From Nageia nagi (taxonomy: Eukaryota > Plantae > Pinophyta), in the NCBI GenBank assembly GCA_050084985.1, contig JBITNC010000001.1:137268001-137332000 (forward strand): a stretch of 64,000 bases of DNA. The letters are read 5' to 3'. Made by a program: the position numbers and the translations under genes. The notes under the pieces were generated by a model that saw nothing but the letters and a program-made list of their open reading frames with translations, did not search any database and was not told the DNA's origin. This document shows, in pieces, positions 38,201-52,598 of this stretch (positions are counted from its first letter, which is position 1; every line of letters starts with the position of its first letter).

Positions 38201-41200
38201 TCTACTGAATATCGTGTGTATTCTTGAGATACTCACCCCATCAGAATATGCTTTTAAGATGATCATAACTATGTTACACATAAGTGCATTTTATGCTCAA
38301 GTCCTTATTTGTAACTTTATCCTCTCAATTCTAAGATAGTAACCAAGAAAGGAATGTACAGATGTAAAAAATATTTGCAAGATATTTTTGTAAGTTACCT
38401 GCATTAGGATCATAGAAGCGCTCAATTAAGGAAATAATTGTGCTTTTCCCAGAACCACTTTGACCAACAATTGCTACTGTTTTGCCAGCAGGAATAGAAA
38501 GGCAAAAATCTTGGAAGATAATATCAGGTCGAGATGGATAACTGAAGCAGACCTTGTGTAATTCAATGTGCCCCTCGATTTGTGGTAGACTTTTGCCTTG
38601 CAGGAGTTTGGAATCTATTGCTGCCTTTTGGTTGATCAGTTTCAGAATGTTGTATGCAGCTGCTTTTCCCTTGCTTAACGCACTCAAATTTGGAGCTGCT
38701 TGACCAAGAGAACTGGGCATTCATAAAAAAAAAAAAAACTCAGAGGACAAAAGCAAACAAAATACTACAGATTTAGGAGTCAACAAAATTAAGAACTTCA
38801 TTCTAAGTTTTGAAAGTATTACATGCCGCTGATAATGACATTGAGAATGGTTGTGAATGCTTCACCACCACTGGTTTCCCCATGTCTTACAAGAATACCT
38901 GCATACCAAAGAAGCAATGCCCATGCACCAAATATTAATCCATACGTAAAGCCCACACCTAATCCTTTTGCAAGGCCTCCTTTCTTCCCCAAATTCAGGG
39001 TAGTTCCAAGAGCCCTTGAGTAAGCTTGTATAGCCTTGGTCTCCCCCACAAATGAATACACAGTACGCACTTGAGAAATTGCCTGTTTTCAAAAGCATAA
39101 AGTAATAGGCCATGTCAAAGGTGTTTAAAATCCCAGAAATATGTTTGCTAAAAGGCTTTTGAACATACAGTCAACAAAAAACTTGGGTAGCGAAAATGAT
39201 GACATATGAATAGACAAAAAAAAGTTATGTACCAATTAATTTTCATAGATTCTGCTGTTGAGGCCACAGGAGATCCATATGATAAAACCAAAGGGACTTC
39301 TTGAACAAGGACATAATATAAAATGATATTTTAGATGACGATCTACCTAGACGCATTGACACATCACAAAGAAAGAAATAGAAAACAAAATTATATGAAT
39401 GTCCATAAATGACCAAAGTAAGTCAATGGGCTGTAAATTGCATAACTATTGCAATGACATAATGGGATGCTAATACCGAATAAAATAAATCTGAACTAAT
39501 AAAGATAGAACCAAATGAAGCTGTGAAAGCATGACGAGTATGTGAGGTTCGCAATGAATGCAAAAACAATACAGCCAGCAAACCATTATAAGTTTATCAA
39601 TGCTTGTCAGTAAAATAAATTGTTAAGATATGAAAGAGAACTAATCCCTGATACACCTTGGGCTTGAACCATTTAAAGCTTGTAAATTTCCAGAAGTCAA
39701 TCTACTGATCCATATATTACATACGGCTAGATCACCTGAACTGTAGGAAACACATCCAAGATGTGGGATTCTTGCCTCCCTCTGCTGAAAGAATGAGAGG
39801 TTGTAAGAATTTCAGTCACCTCTCAGGAAGGAGGACAAAGTCACACTGATCTTCTAGCGATCATGAGTAGCAATAGAATCAAGAGGACAGTTGAAAACCC
39901 CAACAACAAAAACAGAAGGAAAAGACAGGTGGTCAACTCAGTAGTAGTTGAACCTTTGTGCAAAATTTGATGCTTATAAGATGTGCTCCCCAATAAATCA
40001 AAGCCAAACACGATAGCAAAAACAGGTGGTGAGAGGTAGTTCTAAGTCTCTATTTGAGATGTTGCTCTAAGTCTCTATACATTTAATAAAATCCACAGGT
40101 CTCATAATACATGGGACACGTGAAGATGAAATGCTATTCAGTCTACCTCCTGAAGTGAGCCGAGGCGACAAATCCTCCCATTCCTGGGAAGATGACACTC
40201 TATTTCCACTTGTAACTGGTGTGAGAAAACATAAAGTTGGCCAAGGGAGATTATGAAACCATGGGACAAATGATGTTAAGTACAGTCTGGTTGAGTTATG
40301 ATGCCCATCTACAACATGCAAGAAATATTGAGCGGAAAAAGCCAATTTGGAACTGAGAGGCTGCAACAGTGAGATCCAAGAGATTTGGATGGACTGTTAG
40401 TAGATATCTTTGTGGACCATTTTATTAATAAGATAAGGAGTCGCTTTGAGGGAGTAACTAAAAAGAGGGAACTGATTCACAGCAATCCCAGTGGGTTGAA
40501 CAAGAAATCAACCAAACACAACAAAAGGAATATGCATATGCACCGATATTGCTAGCTTAATAAGACAGCCAACTCAGAAGGGTAGAGTAGCATGAGGATC
40601 AAATTATGGCCAACAGATAACCTATCATATCTGTATGATGTGACATTCATTGCCGTGCCATCTTCTTGGAATTAGGGCTTACTAATTTAGGGCTTCACCT
40701 AGATTTTCATTACTGTCATCCTCATTATTTAATCAAATCAAGATAACAATAACCAATGATCTCTTTGGCATATAAGGATCACGAAGACGGTGAAAAGACC
40801 ATTCCATAATATACCTAAGCAGCACAGTTTCCACAATGGTCATGGTTTTTTTTTTTATTGTAAAGCCACTATTCTCCTTTTCAAATATATAATGTAAGAG
40901 AAAATTGCATGGATAATATGTTTTTACCTCCCATATTATCCCTGATACATGTGAAAATAAACAATAAAGTGATATCACTATTGTTTTCCGTTCATGTCAA
41001 GTTGCTCACAAAGATCTTACCCATGCCTGATTGAATTTGTTACTTAATTCAGCATTGTTTTCCGCTTTCTCCATAAGACTATGGTACGAGGCATATCCAC
41101 ATAAAAACACATCAAACAATGTGCAAAACATGTGCGACTAGATGGAAAAATTTCAGAGAATGGCCTTATGAAAAGAAATTAAGACAAAACAAATAAGATG

Positions 41201-44200
41201 TTCACCTCTTCTGCCACTTTGCCAGCCTCAGCATATGCAACTTGGCTTTTTTTGGACAAACTAGTCATTGTTGCAGCATATGCACCTCCAGCAATAACCA
41301 TCAACGGAAGAACTGCAATAGTAAGCAGTGTCAGCTGCCACACCGAGGAGAAGCCCACTGCAAATCCTGCTATGAATCGAGCCATAAAATGCAAATAATG
41401 GCCCACCTGCATCCTCACAAGAATTGGAAAGTCAAACCTTTTGAAATCATGCTTAACAGACATGTTATCAGGGTTTACAATTACTCCATGGGAAGAACAG
41501 AATGGTAAAATCAACGTTTCAGTAATATTATGCACCTTTGAAGTTCTTGTATTACAAAAGAAATTTATAACCGTCTTTTAACTTGCCCTCGTTTCGAAGA
41601 AGAATTTCATATAAATTAATTGTATCCAACAGAAGATAAAAGCATCGACATTACAACAAAAGTACCAGCACAATCATATGATAACATTATTCTAATCTTA
41701 TATACACCATAGATGACAAGGAAAATGATGATAGAAGGAAAAACAACGAAAAAAAAAATTAAGCTCTGAAATGATTGTGTCACTGGCACCCCAAAAAGCC
41801 ATCCACCTATCTAAAAAGAAAATGCTACTAGGAACCAAGCATGGGTTGCACACACTGCAAACTCACTCGTACAAGGACTTCATACCAGTCAAATTCATAA
41901 GTAGACCAAGCTTGATGGACATAAGGACAGCTCACCACGTTATTCTATTAGTATTCTGTTTCTCTTTATTTTTATAAACTTAAAAACTATGAATGTCAAT
42001 TATGTCTTGTCTTTATAATTCTTCAAGGTTAAAATATCTTCAGACACCTTCATATTGTCTCATAAGGAAGGTGTCCAAAAAGCATTAAGTTTATCATGAA
42101 GGAATTCCTATATGACAGAAGGCAGCTCGCTTTCCCTAGAAGATGTAAGTTGCCTAAATGCATCAATACCAGTCATCCCTTAGATTGTATAGAAAACTAA
42201 AAAAATTCTGAATATGATGGAGCTTGTTGGAGTCCCAAATTATTTAGCCTGAATTATCACAGCAGGAGGTAGGCAACTACCATGGGATGCCTCACTGTGA
42301 GAAAGTCATCTTTCACACCATTACTTTCAGGTATGGTGGAAATTTCCTATGCATCCAACTCATGGTGAGCTAGTGAGTACAGTTGTTTCTGTTGTTGAAC
42401 TAGAATTCTCTATGCACGTGTATTTCAATGTTGACTAAAGTTGAATAATGCAAAAGTTAAAACATAAACCCTACAAGTCGTAACAAAATATATTAACTCA
42501 TTAAGACTATGATGTGAATTTTGATTTGTGAAAATGTAGCCTAGTTAACCTACCGAGTTATAAGACAAATTGTTAGTAAAAATGAAAGTGACGGACAACA
42601 AAACAAGAGAACAGTCCTTAATTTTTAACCTGTTAGGATAAATTACAGAAGGGGGAACCATAAGGGGTCAAATCCCTTTAAAAAGGGAAGCTATATGTAT
42701 TTAGCCACAATCAATTCAGTTGAATTCAGTGCCATGTTGACAGGTGTTAGCCAATGGAAATTTGAAGTTAATCATTGTGTAAAAGAAGAAAGGTACTTCA
42801 GGCCATGAAAGCAAGCGATGAGTTAGCATATAATTTATATTGAGTTTAATCATAGTACGAGGCTTCCCGAGGTAAGTTCAATCTATGGAATTATCTAATC
42901 ATATAGTCAAACATGCACACATCTTGAAGACTGTTTCCCCTTAATAAAGACTGAACATTTCTTAGTTTTTAATTGTCTCGTACATTGTTAAAATGCTGAG
43001 GGAAATAAAGCTGAATTTCATAAACATATGAAAAGAAACCAAACAAATTAAAATGCAAAATTTAGATATATACCTTATCGCTAATTGCATCTTGTACAAC
43101 CAGTATATCACTAGAAATACAACTGATAATTTCTCCAGTGCTGCTATTTGTATCAAAAAAGCTAACATCTTGGCTCAATACAGATTTCAAATATTGCATT
43201 CTCATGCGAGCAGACTGTCGTTCCCCTGTTTGCATCCAACATGAAACCTCTGGAGAAAATCATAAAATCAATCAAACGTTTTACTTAGTGGTAATCCATG
43301 GTACTTGAAAGTAAAACTATCCAAGAGAATAACTAAACTTTAAATGATACAGGAATGAAATCTGTCAAGCATGCACACAGAAAAATATATGGAGACCTAG
43401 TGTAATGATTGATGATTAGGCTGTCCAAGACGCCAGTATGGTATTTTTTATTTACTTAGAATAAAATCCAGATTAGCAACTTTGTGTCCAAATAACGTTG
43501 CAAGTAAAAATGTTGTATTAAAAATGGAAAATACCAAGCCATCCAGATGCCATAACGACAAGTCCCAAGTACAAGAAGTGAAGAGCGTGCTGAAAAAGAT
43601 GGCAGAAAAATAAGAATTAATGCTTAATACATGGTTAACAAAAAAGAAAATTACAAGCCTTTTTCCCCTAACCTCATTGAGAAAGAACGTAATTGGCCTA
43701 CAATGTTAAAGCTCAAGAATTTAACATAGTTTGATACTCGAACACAAAGACTAGCTGCAAAGATTTTATGCAAGAATTTTAATAGTTTTGTACAGTAGAA
43801 ATGAACAACTGAAGTTTGCACAATCTCAGTTTGCCATTACACAAAATATATTTGTTTCATTTATTATTTGTAAAGAAATATTATGGCATGCACAAACTAG
43901 TTAAGGCAGCTTATAACTTTGTGAGAATTTTGCCTCGTGTCTCCAAGATCTAAAGGAAATGCTCATAGATATTATGCCTTAAAGTACATTCAGGTTTTAA
44001 TACAAATCAGTCATTGGTAATTACTAATTTCATATTTCACGGCTCAAGGCAAGGACATTCTCAACTATTGATTAGACACTGCAGATGTAGTGGGAACTAT
44101 GTGTAATTATGGATTATATTTCCTCTCAATAAGTACATAGCTTTATTTAACCGAAGTGACAATGAAGTATATGAATTATCTATTGATTGGTACATGAATA

Positions 44201-45694
44201 ATTTCTCAGTTCTTACTAGCAAATGAAACCCAAACAATAAATCATTTGGTACAAAACTTTAATGCCAAGAAGTGTAAAAGCTCCTGAGTTACGATCAGTA
44301 CAAACTTTGTGAAATTTATAACGATTAAGTTACAACTTCTCAAGCCTCATAATTAACCATAACATGGTGGTCATTGATACTCATACAACAATATGAAAGA
44401 CCCAATATAAAAGCATCACACCAACATTTTGATGGTTGTTACATTCTATTTTTTTGTGTTGAATAGAATAAGCTTTTTGAGAGTTATGTTTCTTATATGT
44501 TGTTTTACCCATTTTCAAGATAAATAAATTGCAATTCGTACTATGTGTTTATATATTTCTTATCCCATTTTCAGAACACAAACATGAAACTTCGATGATA
44601 TGAAACAGCTGAAACATAATATCAACATCATCAATAAGACCTGATACAAAATCACCATAATGGCAAATACATGGTACTTGTGCTTTTAGCCTGCAGTTTC
44701 ACAGATTCCCAGTATCAGTGTATTGAGAACGCAGCATGAAATCAGTTCTAATCTATGTGTTGTACCTAATTTAATTTGCCAATCAAGTGATGCTTCGACC
44801 TCATTGTCCTGGCTAAATCCTCTCAGTTGATATAATTATCTCTAAACATCAATTGATTAAAATCGTTAAGTTATTCCTAAATTAATGGGTACCAAGTATG
44901 ATACTTGAGTAAAATTATACACTACATGATGCAGAGCAACTTGTGTACATTCAGCCACTCCGGAATTCGTAATCAAATGGAGGACACTCTGTTTGCACAA
45001 TTTCTAAGACGCTTTTGCACCCACATAACTATAACTATCTATTTATCGAAGATTCCAGCCCAAATGTCGAACCAAGTTGGGATGGATACCCACAACGACT
45101 ATTAATACACACAAGACTCCATTAGGTAGACTTAGACCCTTTCTCACATATTAGGAAGTGTCAAAACACACAAAACAAAAACAGGCCCTTGACTACAATC
45201 CCCATCAACAAAATCAACACATCACTCCATCAACTCCTCTGCTTAGCTCTACAATGTAAACAGATGTCCAATCTAGTAAACCAATATAACATTTTTTTTT
45301 CCATGAAAGTTCGGTATAGAGATAGCTTATCTACCTTTGCAACCTCAGATGCCATTGTGGAGGGATCATTGGGATGTGAGCCAAATGCATCAATGAGCTT
45401 GGCAAAGAAGATAAAGAACACCGGAATGGCTGCCCCCTGCACACATGCCCCCACTGTTCCCAACCCCATCAATGCATAGTCCACTCCATCAGCATAAGTG
45501 AAGAGCTTGTAGAATGCCACACTGCCTCCCTTATCACTTGAACCATTCTTAATTTCCTCCTTCTCCTCCTCTTCCTCCTTATCTTTGTCCTGTTTCTGTT
45601 CCTTAGCATTGGCTTTGCTGGGCATATCCACTTCCACTGTAGTTACAGTGATATCAGCCATTGTTGTTGTGTTTGCAGTGGCAGCAGCTTCCAT
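35248..45694 (-). CDS. ABCB13: Full-size ABC transporter subfamily B (MDR/P-glycoprotein), ABCB13/14-like, ~1280 aa, 11 exons
   Basis: Exons (minus): 45694-45335, 43589-43535, 43249-43074, 41406-41206, 39082-38823, 38712-38399, 38166-37943, 37838-37459, 37358-36928, 36785-36544, 36447-35248. All introns GT-AG, total 3843 nt in frame. Two NBDs ([37 protein letters not shown]). SLGQAAPNL and [14 protein letters not shown] suggest the ABCB13/14 clade; the orthology call is tentative. Confidence 0.95.
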
Positions 45695-46140
45695 GGCTGC
45701 TGTTACTTTGACAGTATCTGACGGTGTAGGGTAGTGGGTTTAGCTACATGTTATAGTGGGCATGTTGAACGTGTGTTGTGTTGCATGTGAGTGTACATTA
45801 TTCCCTTATTTTACTGCTATGGGTACTTGGAAATCATGTGTCCAGCCAGGATGATGATGCTGATTCTTCTTTCCTGTTCGGCTTTTGTTTTGCCTGGTTG
45901 TGCTGTTAAGCTATACTCGGTGTGAAAGGAGAGGAGACCCACCTGCACTTCAACGGCCAAAACAAAAAAGGAAAGAAAGAGATTCGTTTGTTTGCCAACC
46001 CCAACGTTTCCCAAACTGACATAACGATGGGAAAGGTTGATTTCCTGGCCCGCACATATACGCTCCTACGTGAACGCACACACGTATGCCCGTATAATAA
46101 CTTGCATTCTAGGTATAGGTAGGACTTAGGAGTAACGGAC

Positions 46141-46149
46141 CTTTTATAG
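46141..46149 (-). promoter_or_regulatory. Candidate TATA box (CTATAAAAG) for the ABCB gene
   Basis: TATAAAAG on the gene strand ~450 bp upstream of the ATG, at the GC-rich to AT-rich boundary; no TSS data. Confidence 0.35.
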
Positions 46150-47059
46150 TGAAGGTGAATGAATATGGTAATTCAAAAGTTTCAAGCTTAAATTTTTTTA
46201 TTTATTTTTATAATGTGAGATTAAGATAAAAAATTTATGTACCTATGTAATTTTTTTGAAGGATGATTTGATGGAAGGATAATATTTTTCTATCTATAAC
46301 TTTTGAAAGCATCTTTTCTGAAACGATGGTTTCCAATAAAACCAAAAAACATATTAAATTACTCTGAGGATTATATTTTAATTTTTTTTGAATGAAAAAG
46401 ATTTTTTTATTACTATAAAATCTATTTCATATAAAAAAAAGGTAGGTGGAATTAAGCATATTTAGTGAGCAAGTACCATAGATAAATAAAAAAGAAACTT
46501 CTTCAACTTAATTTCAAAAGGGTGGCAAACAACAACATAAAAATATCGTTGATAAATCAACCTCGAAAAATTATTCAAATAAAACAAGTAATAGTAGCTG
46601 AAAAAAACACAACTCATAATTTAAATGTTACACCTAAATATTTTTTTAGAAAACCATCTAAAACTTATATCTTATTATCATTAAGTATGATTTTTTATCA
46701 TATTTTTTTACATTAAATTGAAAATTTTAAATTTAGATTTCAATACTCATTAACTTCCTAATTCTTCAAATAGAACTAATTAAATAATAAAATTTATCAT
46801 CACAATCTATAAATAAAAATTAAATTAAATTAAAAATATATTAATTATTTAATTTTATCAAAACATAGATTTTTTAAATGTAAAATTATTTTTTCTTTTA
46901 AATTTGTAGAGTTAATGAAAAGCTAAACATTATTAATTTTCAACTTTTGTTCTCTATTCATGTTATCAAAATGTAATTTAATTTGTTTTTTTTTATTCTT
47001 TATTTTTTAAAGTTACTATTTATATTGAAATTAACTTTATTAGAGTATAAAAAGATATA

Positions 47060-47475
47060 CTAGCTTTGATATACCTTTTTATGTATAAAAGGTAAAGGTA
47101 AATTATATTAATGTCCATAGGAGATCAATTGATCTATGGGACGAATAGCTTGTAGATCTAGAGGATCAACAACTTGTAGTAGGTTATTATATAGCATAGG
47201 TCAACGCATGACCAACTCAACCAACAATGGAGACATTGATTATTTTTTAAATTATGTTTAAAAAAATGCAAGAGAATTTCGATTATTCTTTTTAAATTAT
47301 ATTTATATAATTTTTAAATTATATTTTTGAAATTGATTTTTTTTAAATAATAAAGTCGATTCATTTTTTTAAATATTGAATTCGATGTTTTATAGACACA
47401 CTCGCATGGGATATTTTGGCTCTCCACTCTACCCTGACTGAAGCTATAGAAACACCTCTTGATGTTAATAATCTT
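47060..47475 (-). mobile_element. Non-autonomous ~415-bp member of the same Helitron-like family
   Basis: Minus strand 47472-47385 (ACATCAAGAGGTGTTTCTATAGCTTCAG..GAGTGG..AAAATATCCCATGCGAGTGTGTCTATAAAACA) aligns with 15166-15250; minus strand ends hairpin-TATATCAAAGCTAG|T like 23219. The terminal TC is not clearly retained. Confidence 0.8.
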
Positions 47476-50400
47476 TCATAAAAATAAAACAAAATACTAA
47501 ATTTGTATATTAGTTTCCATGGTAAATATATAAGATATATAGAAGTAAAAATAATAAAATACAAAATCAAATAGATTAAAACAAGCTAAAAAAAAATCTT
47601 AATTTTTTTAAGATTTTTCTTAATTTATATACAATTTTTTCTTTAGAAACCACCCATTCTAGAAAGTTGCCTTTAATAGTGAAGTTATAAGAAGAGGATA
47701 TCTCTTCTATCAAAATCATAAAGGACTTTTGACACCTAATTTAAATACCTTATATATTAAATTAGTTATCTTATTATTTAATTGATAATATATTCTATTT
47801 TAATATTATATCTTATATTATTATCATATCAGCATGTATTAGTTATTGTCATTTATTATTGTTATCTTTGTTATGATTTATTATATTGATGTTATTTATA
47901 TTATTGCTTGTGATACTTATTCAATATAAAATTATTCAATTATTGGATTTATTTCAAGTATCCATATAATTATTGAACCTTGCTCTTTGCATTTTCTATA
48001 CCCTAGTTGGGATTGGTAAACTTGCATTTCAAACTTGTATTTTTCTAGATCATAAATTAATGGTTATTAATGCCAATTCAATTTAGATTTCACCAAGTAT
48101 CAATTACCTACTTGACTTATCCCTCCTATGCAATCTACTTGTTTAGGTAAGACAACAAGTATTGTATTGATCTCTCATCTCAATAGGTTTAAGATCTAAT
48201 TCAATAATTAAGATTAGAATTGACATTTAGTATATCTTCTTCAATATTGGTTCTTATCATTTATTACTATTATCTACATGTTATGATTTGTACTATACCA
48301 TTATTATTTATATTATTCATGCGATATTTAAATTATTTAACTATTAGATTTATTTTAAGTATCTACAGTTTTACCTGAACAACTATAATAACTCAATAGA
48401 ATTTTTTAATGTGATCTTTTGACTTTAGCAGTAATGAGATTTGAACTTAGATCTCCCACATCCAAGAGATTCCAATGCCCACTCTCATCAACTACCCTAG
48501 TGAAAATCCATGAATTTGGTTTTCCCTTTCATTTTACTTATTTAGTATATCATATACATAGAATTTTACGTTATCATGTGTTATATCATGAAATATGATA
48601 GACATGGATCTTTGATATAGTACAATATTAATGTTAAAAAAGTGAAAATAATCTTCAACATATTTTTTTAATATCATCAAAATATCCAAACTCTCGTCCC
48701 ACCATTGCACTTAACTATTTGAATAATGTTAAAAGCAAAGGGATAGTAGTTTATAGACCTAATGAAATTAATATTATGTAGATTTCAATATTTTTTTTAT
48801 AACCATGAAAGTTATGTTAGAATGTATTTTTTTTAATTTAATAATTTTAACAATAAGTTTAGTTTTGGTATCCTTTTGTAGAAATTGGATAAATCTTACC
48901 AATTGAGTTGAATATCCAAATAGAAAATAGTCAAAGTGTCATGATAGGTTATCACTTCTATGATGGAGAATGTTTAAATTTTCCAAAAAAAAAATTAATA
49001 ATTTTAAATATATTCATAATTATATTAATCCAAATTAGGTCAATAATATCTCATTTAAAATAACTTACTAATAACTACTATTACATTGGAATATCCATCA
49101 TAAATTTCACCATGAACTTGTTTTAATGCTAATTTAGTTTATATGAAATTTAAACATATAAACAATGTCTTATCAAAATATTTTTGATAAAGTACACAGT
49201 AATGAGAGTATATGTTGAACTTAATATATAAGATCTATTTATATAATTCATATGCTAATTATTTGGTGAAATATCATTTATTAAGTATGTATAAATATAT
49301 GGAATGCTTCATAGGTCCTAGATGTGATGTTGAGAGCAGGAGTGGTTATAGAAGAAGATAAAGGATGAAGTGATAACGATGATGAGTATGGTGCAAATGA
49401 TGAGGATCCATGATCCATTATATAGGAGATTATGACACTAGACTTGATCATGAAAGGACATTGGTGCATTTTTGGAGGAAAGCAAGAGGGTTTTCTTATG
49501 TGTGTGGTTGTGAGGCTAAACCTGACCACTATAGATGATTGGTGTATTGTAGGAGAAGAGCCAAAGGATTCTTCCATGTTTATGGTTGTGAGGCTTATCT
49601 TGGGTGTTAACACCTAAATTTAAATTTTATTTAATTAAAAATAATATTTCAGGTATCTAAGTATTTAAGTGATTTAATTTTTTATTTTGTTATATTTATA
49701 AAATAAAGTACAATTTCCCTCCTTTTGATTTCCTTTTGATGAAAAGTATAAGGAGTGCTTAGACAAGTGGACGTCTTGGCCCACATTCAAACCTCTCATC
49801 TATTTAAAGAGAAGAAGGATGTCACATTGATCATATTTAGACCTTTATAGATACATTGATACACTTCTAAGAGCTATGTTGGTTGGTGTCTTTTCATGTC
49901 ACATATTAAGTCTAGATTTATGCCATATTGAGATTATTGCATTCCTAATTATTCACTACTTAGTAGGTAGGTATGATAACCTTGGTAGGAAACCTTAACG
50001 ATGCACACAAATCTAAAGGATCCGAGGAAGGAGAGTTATACGTTGATGTAGCCTCATATATCGATGCATTACAATACATGAGTGTCATGTGCCTAGTAAG
50101 GATGTAGGTTCAAATTTTAGGAGTGAGCTATCTAGATCATATGGAGGCTAGATCTGGGCTATGATATATACAAAATCAGTAAATGATAGGCTTGTATTCA
50201 TTTAAATCTAAATTTAATAGGTGAAGAGCATAAAAGGACTTATATCTTATTTATATTAATTTTGTTATTTATTTATTTTCGTATTGAATTATAATTGATA
50301 TTAAATTAATTTTTACTAATTAGCATTGGGCATGGAGGATGGTTGGAGGGTTTTAGGGGAGAATTTAGAGTATTATCTTATTTTAGTGGTTGTGAGGCTA

Positions 50401-52146
50401 GACTTGACTACTAATGGAGGATGTTTGGACTTTACAATTATTGAAGTTCTAATCTTGAGGGTTTAGTTTTTAGCTAGAATGATGAATAAACTCAAAAGAG
50501 ACTTGGATATATTGTTATAGGCAATTTATCTTAGGCTAAGAATCAATTAAGGATGGGTTTACTATGATTAGCCTAAAGTATTATCTATCCTTATGTGAAT
50601 GGGGGTTTAGTGCTATCTTATAGGATCAGATAGTAACATGTTAGTGGAAAATTTTATTGGAAACAAATGAAGTGATCCAAGACCTAAATGGATATGGACC
50701 TATGGCTATGGTTGGTGTTTGTAGGAGAAGCTCTAGATTTATGCTAGCTTCTACTCAAGCTTTGATGGCTTATGGGGAGATTAGAACTACATGGAGTCAA
50801 CTCTACTTTGGGTTGGTAGATGTCATTTTGAATTTGTATTCCCTATATCAATAATAAAAGCATTCAGTGGATCTATACAAAAAACTCAATAATAGAACCC
50901 TATTTCTTCTTGATGGTCAAAAGTATTTTCTTGTTATTAATATTCATAGGAGCTAGAGAAGGAACATTATCCATATCATCAATATAGCTCTTGTTTTTCT
51001 AAGATTATTACTAATCTTAACTTGATCAAAATGGAAAAGTAAAATGATCTATAATGTCTTGAATGTATATCTATTTCTTCTTTAATTTTATAGGTATCTT
51101 AAATTAAGACTCATTAGATTCTCAATATCTAGAGAATATTGACTTGTAATAGTTTAGATATATTTAGTCTCAAAATGAAAGCTTGATATTATTTTCTTAA
51201 TATTCTTTAGTTGATCCATAATATCATATATTTTGAAACTATGATAAGAGCATTAAAAAGACTTTATGTATTCAATTGAATCCTTATTATTATGGGTTAA
51301 TTTATCCTTTTATATTATTTCATCAATGAAACACATAATTATGAATCACTTATTTTATACCATAAAATCTTTTAAAAAGGGAATAATCCAACAATCCACA
51401 TCCATATTGTCCACCCATGTAATTAGGGGAGCTAGGGAAGTAATGGAAATATTCCATGGGAGGCCTAGGTTCATATCTCTTCACTCTTACATGGTAAAAC
51501 ATGTAAGAGGAGTTTAAGTACCTTTCTTTGAATTTTATAAAGGGGTTTTCCAATATTAAAATAAAAAATCCATATCCTTATTATTTAGATATTTAATTTT
51601 TTTTTAAGTTGAGTTTATCCTATTACATGAATTTCTTTATTACCTCCCTAAGTTCTATAAATTTGTTAATATCATGACTCTTCATCTTATGGTACTAAAA
51701 AATTAAGTTTTTCTATAGTAAGAATGTAGCCTATCATTGAATTATCATCCTTGAGTTATTGATATTTTGATTATAGAATTCTTTAGAAGTAATACTAAGA
51801 TATTTTGAAATGGTTATAAGAATACACTAACTCTTATTTCTATATTATTTAATCAAATGATGATATTTTAAGGTTTAACACCAAAAAAAATCATTATTCT
51901 AAATATTAAATTTAACATTTATTTGTTGTAGCAAAAGAATATCTCAACTCCCTAGTTTCAAGTAAAATATTTTTGAGATTTATGATATTGTTACAATCAT
52001 TAACAAAGTTTTATCCATACATGGACCAATATGTTTATTAAATATATAGCAAAAAAATCTTAAATATCATATAATTTAGACAATTTCTTTAATTGTGAAA
52101 TTATTAGATATCCTATTGACTTAGGTGCGTTGATCGATATGAAGTC

Positions 52147-52598
52147 AAGTATGATTTGGTTAGAAGGGTGATGAAGGCCTCCCAATACCCATGGTACAAC
52201 AAGTAAAGATTCGAGGAACGTGTGAGATGGTCACTTTGGCCTCTATGCAAAAGGCGGTACCTACAACAATCCTAATTCAAAATGTAGACAACTTGTCTTA
52301 GATGGAAATTGAGTTATACTAGGAATGTTTCAATAAAAAAGATTCCAAATTCAAGTTAGACTAGAGCTGTGTGGTTCAGCCAGTGCAAGGATTATGTGAC
52401 CAATAAGAAGAAAGTAAGGATCGTTGCTCATAGTGTGTTTTGTAGTAACTACGGTGACTCTTTGAAGATAATTTTTGAAACATATGTAATTCTATTGAAT
52501 ATCTTTAAGCTTTTGTATATACAGGTTTTAGGGCCCTTTCTTTTTGAAAAATTGTTGTAAACTTTTTACCCTCATCGAAAAAAAGTAAGTATGATTTG
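52147..52598 (+). mobile_element. Short retroposed insertion (5'-truncated LINE 3' end) with A-tail and TSD
   Basis: AAGTATGATTTG at 52147-52158 and 52587-52598 flanks ~425 bp ending ...CCCTCATCGAAAAAAA. Confidence 0.65.

Noticed and set aside
45817-46122. uORFs upstream of ABCB
   Set aside because: Track ORFs start at TTG/GTG, one is antisense, and there are no conserved peptide features.
48436-48500. tRNA gene or SINE head (minus strand, AGTTCAAATC B-box-like)
   Set aside because: No cloverleaf; boxes too degenerate; no clear tail or TSD.
48700-52100. Second long LINE on the plus strand with an LTR fragment at 49605
   Set aside because: Probably TE-derived, but too decayed for me to identify motifs or boundaries.
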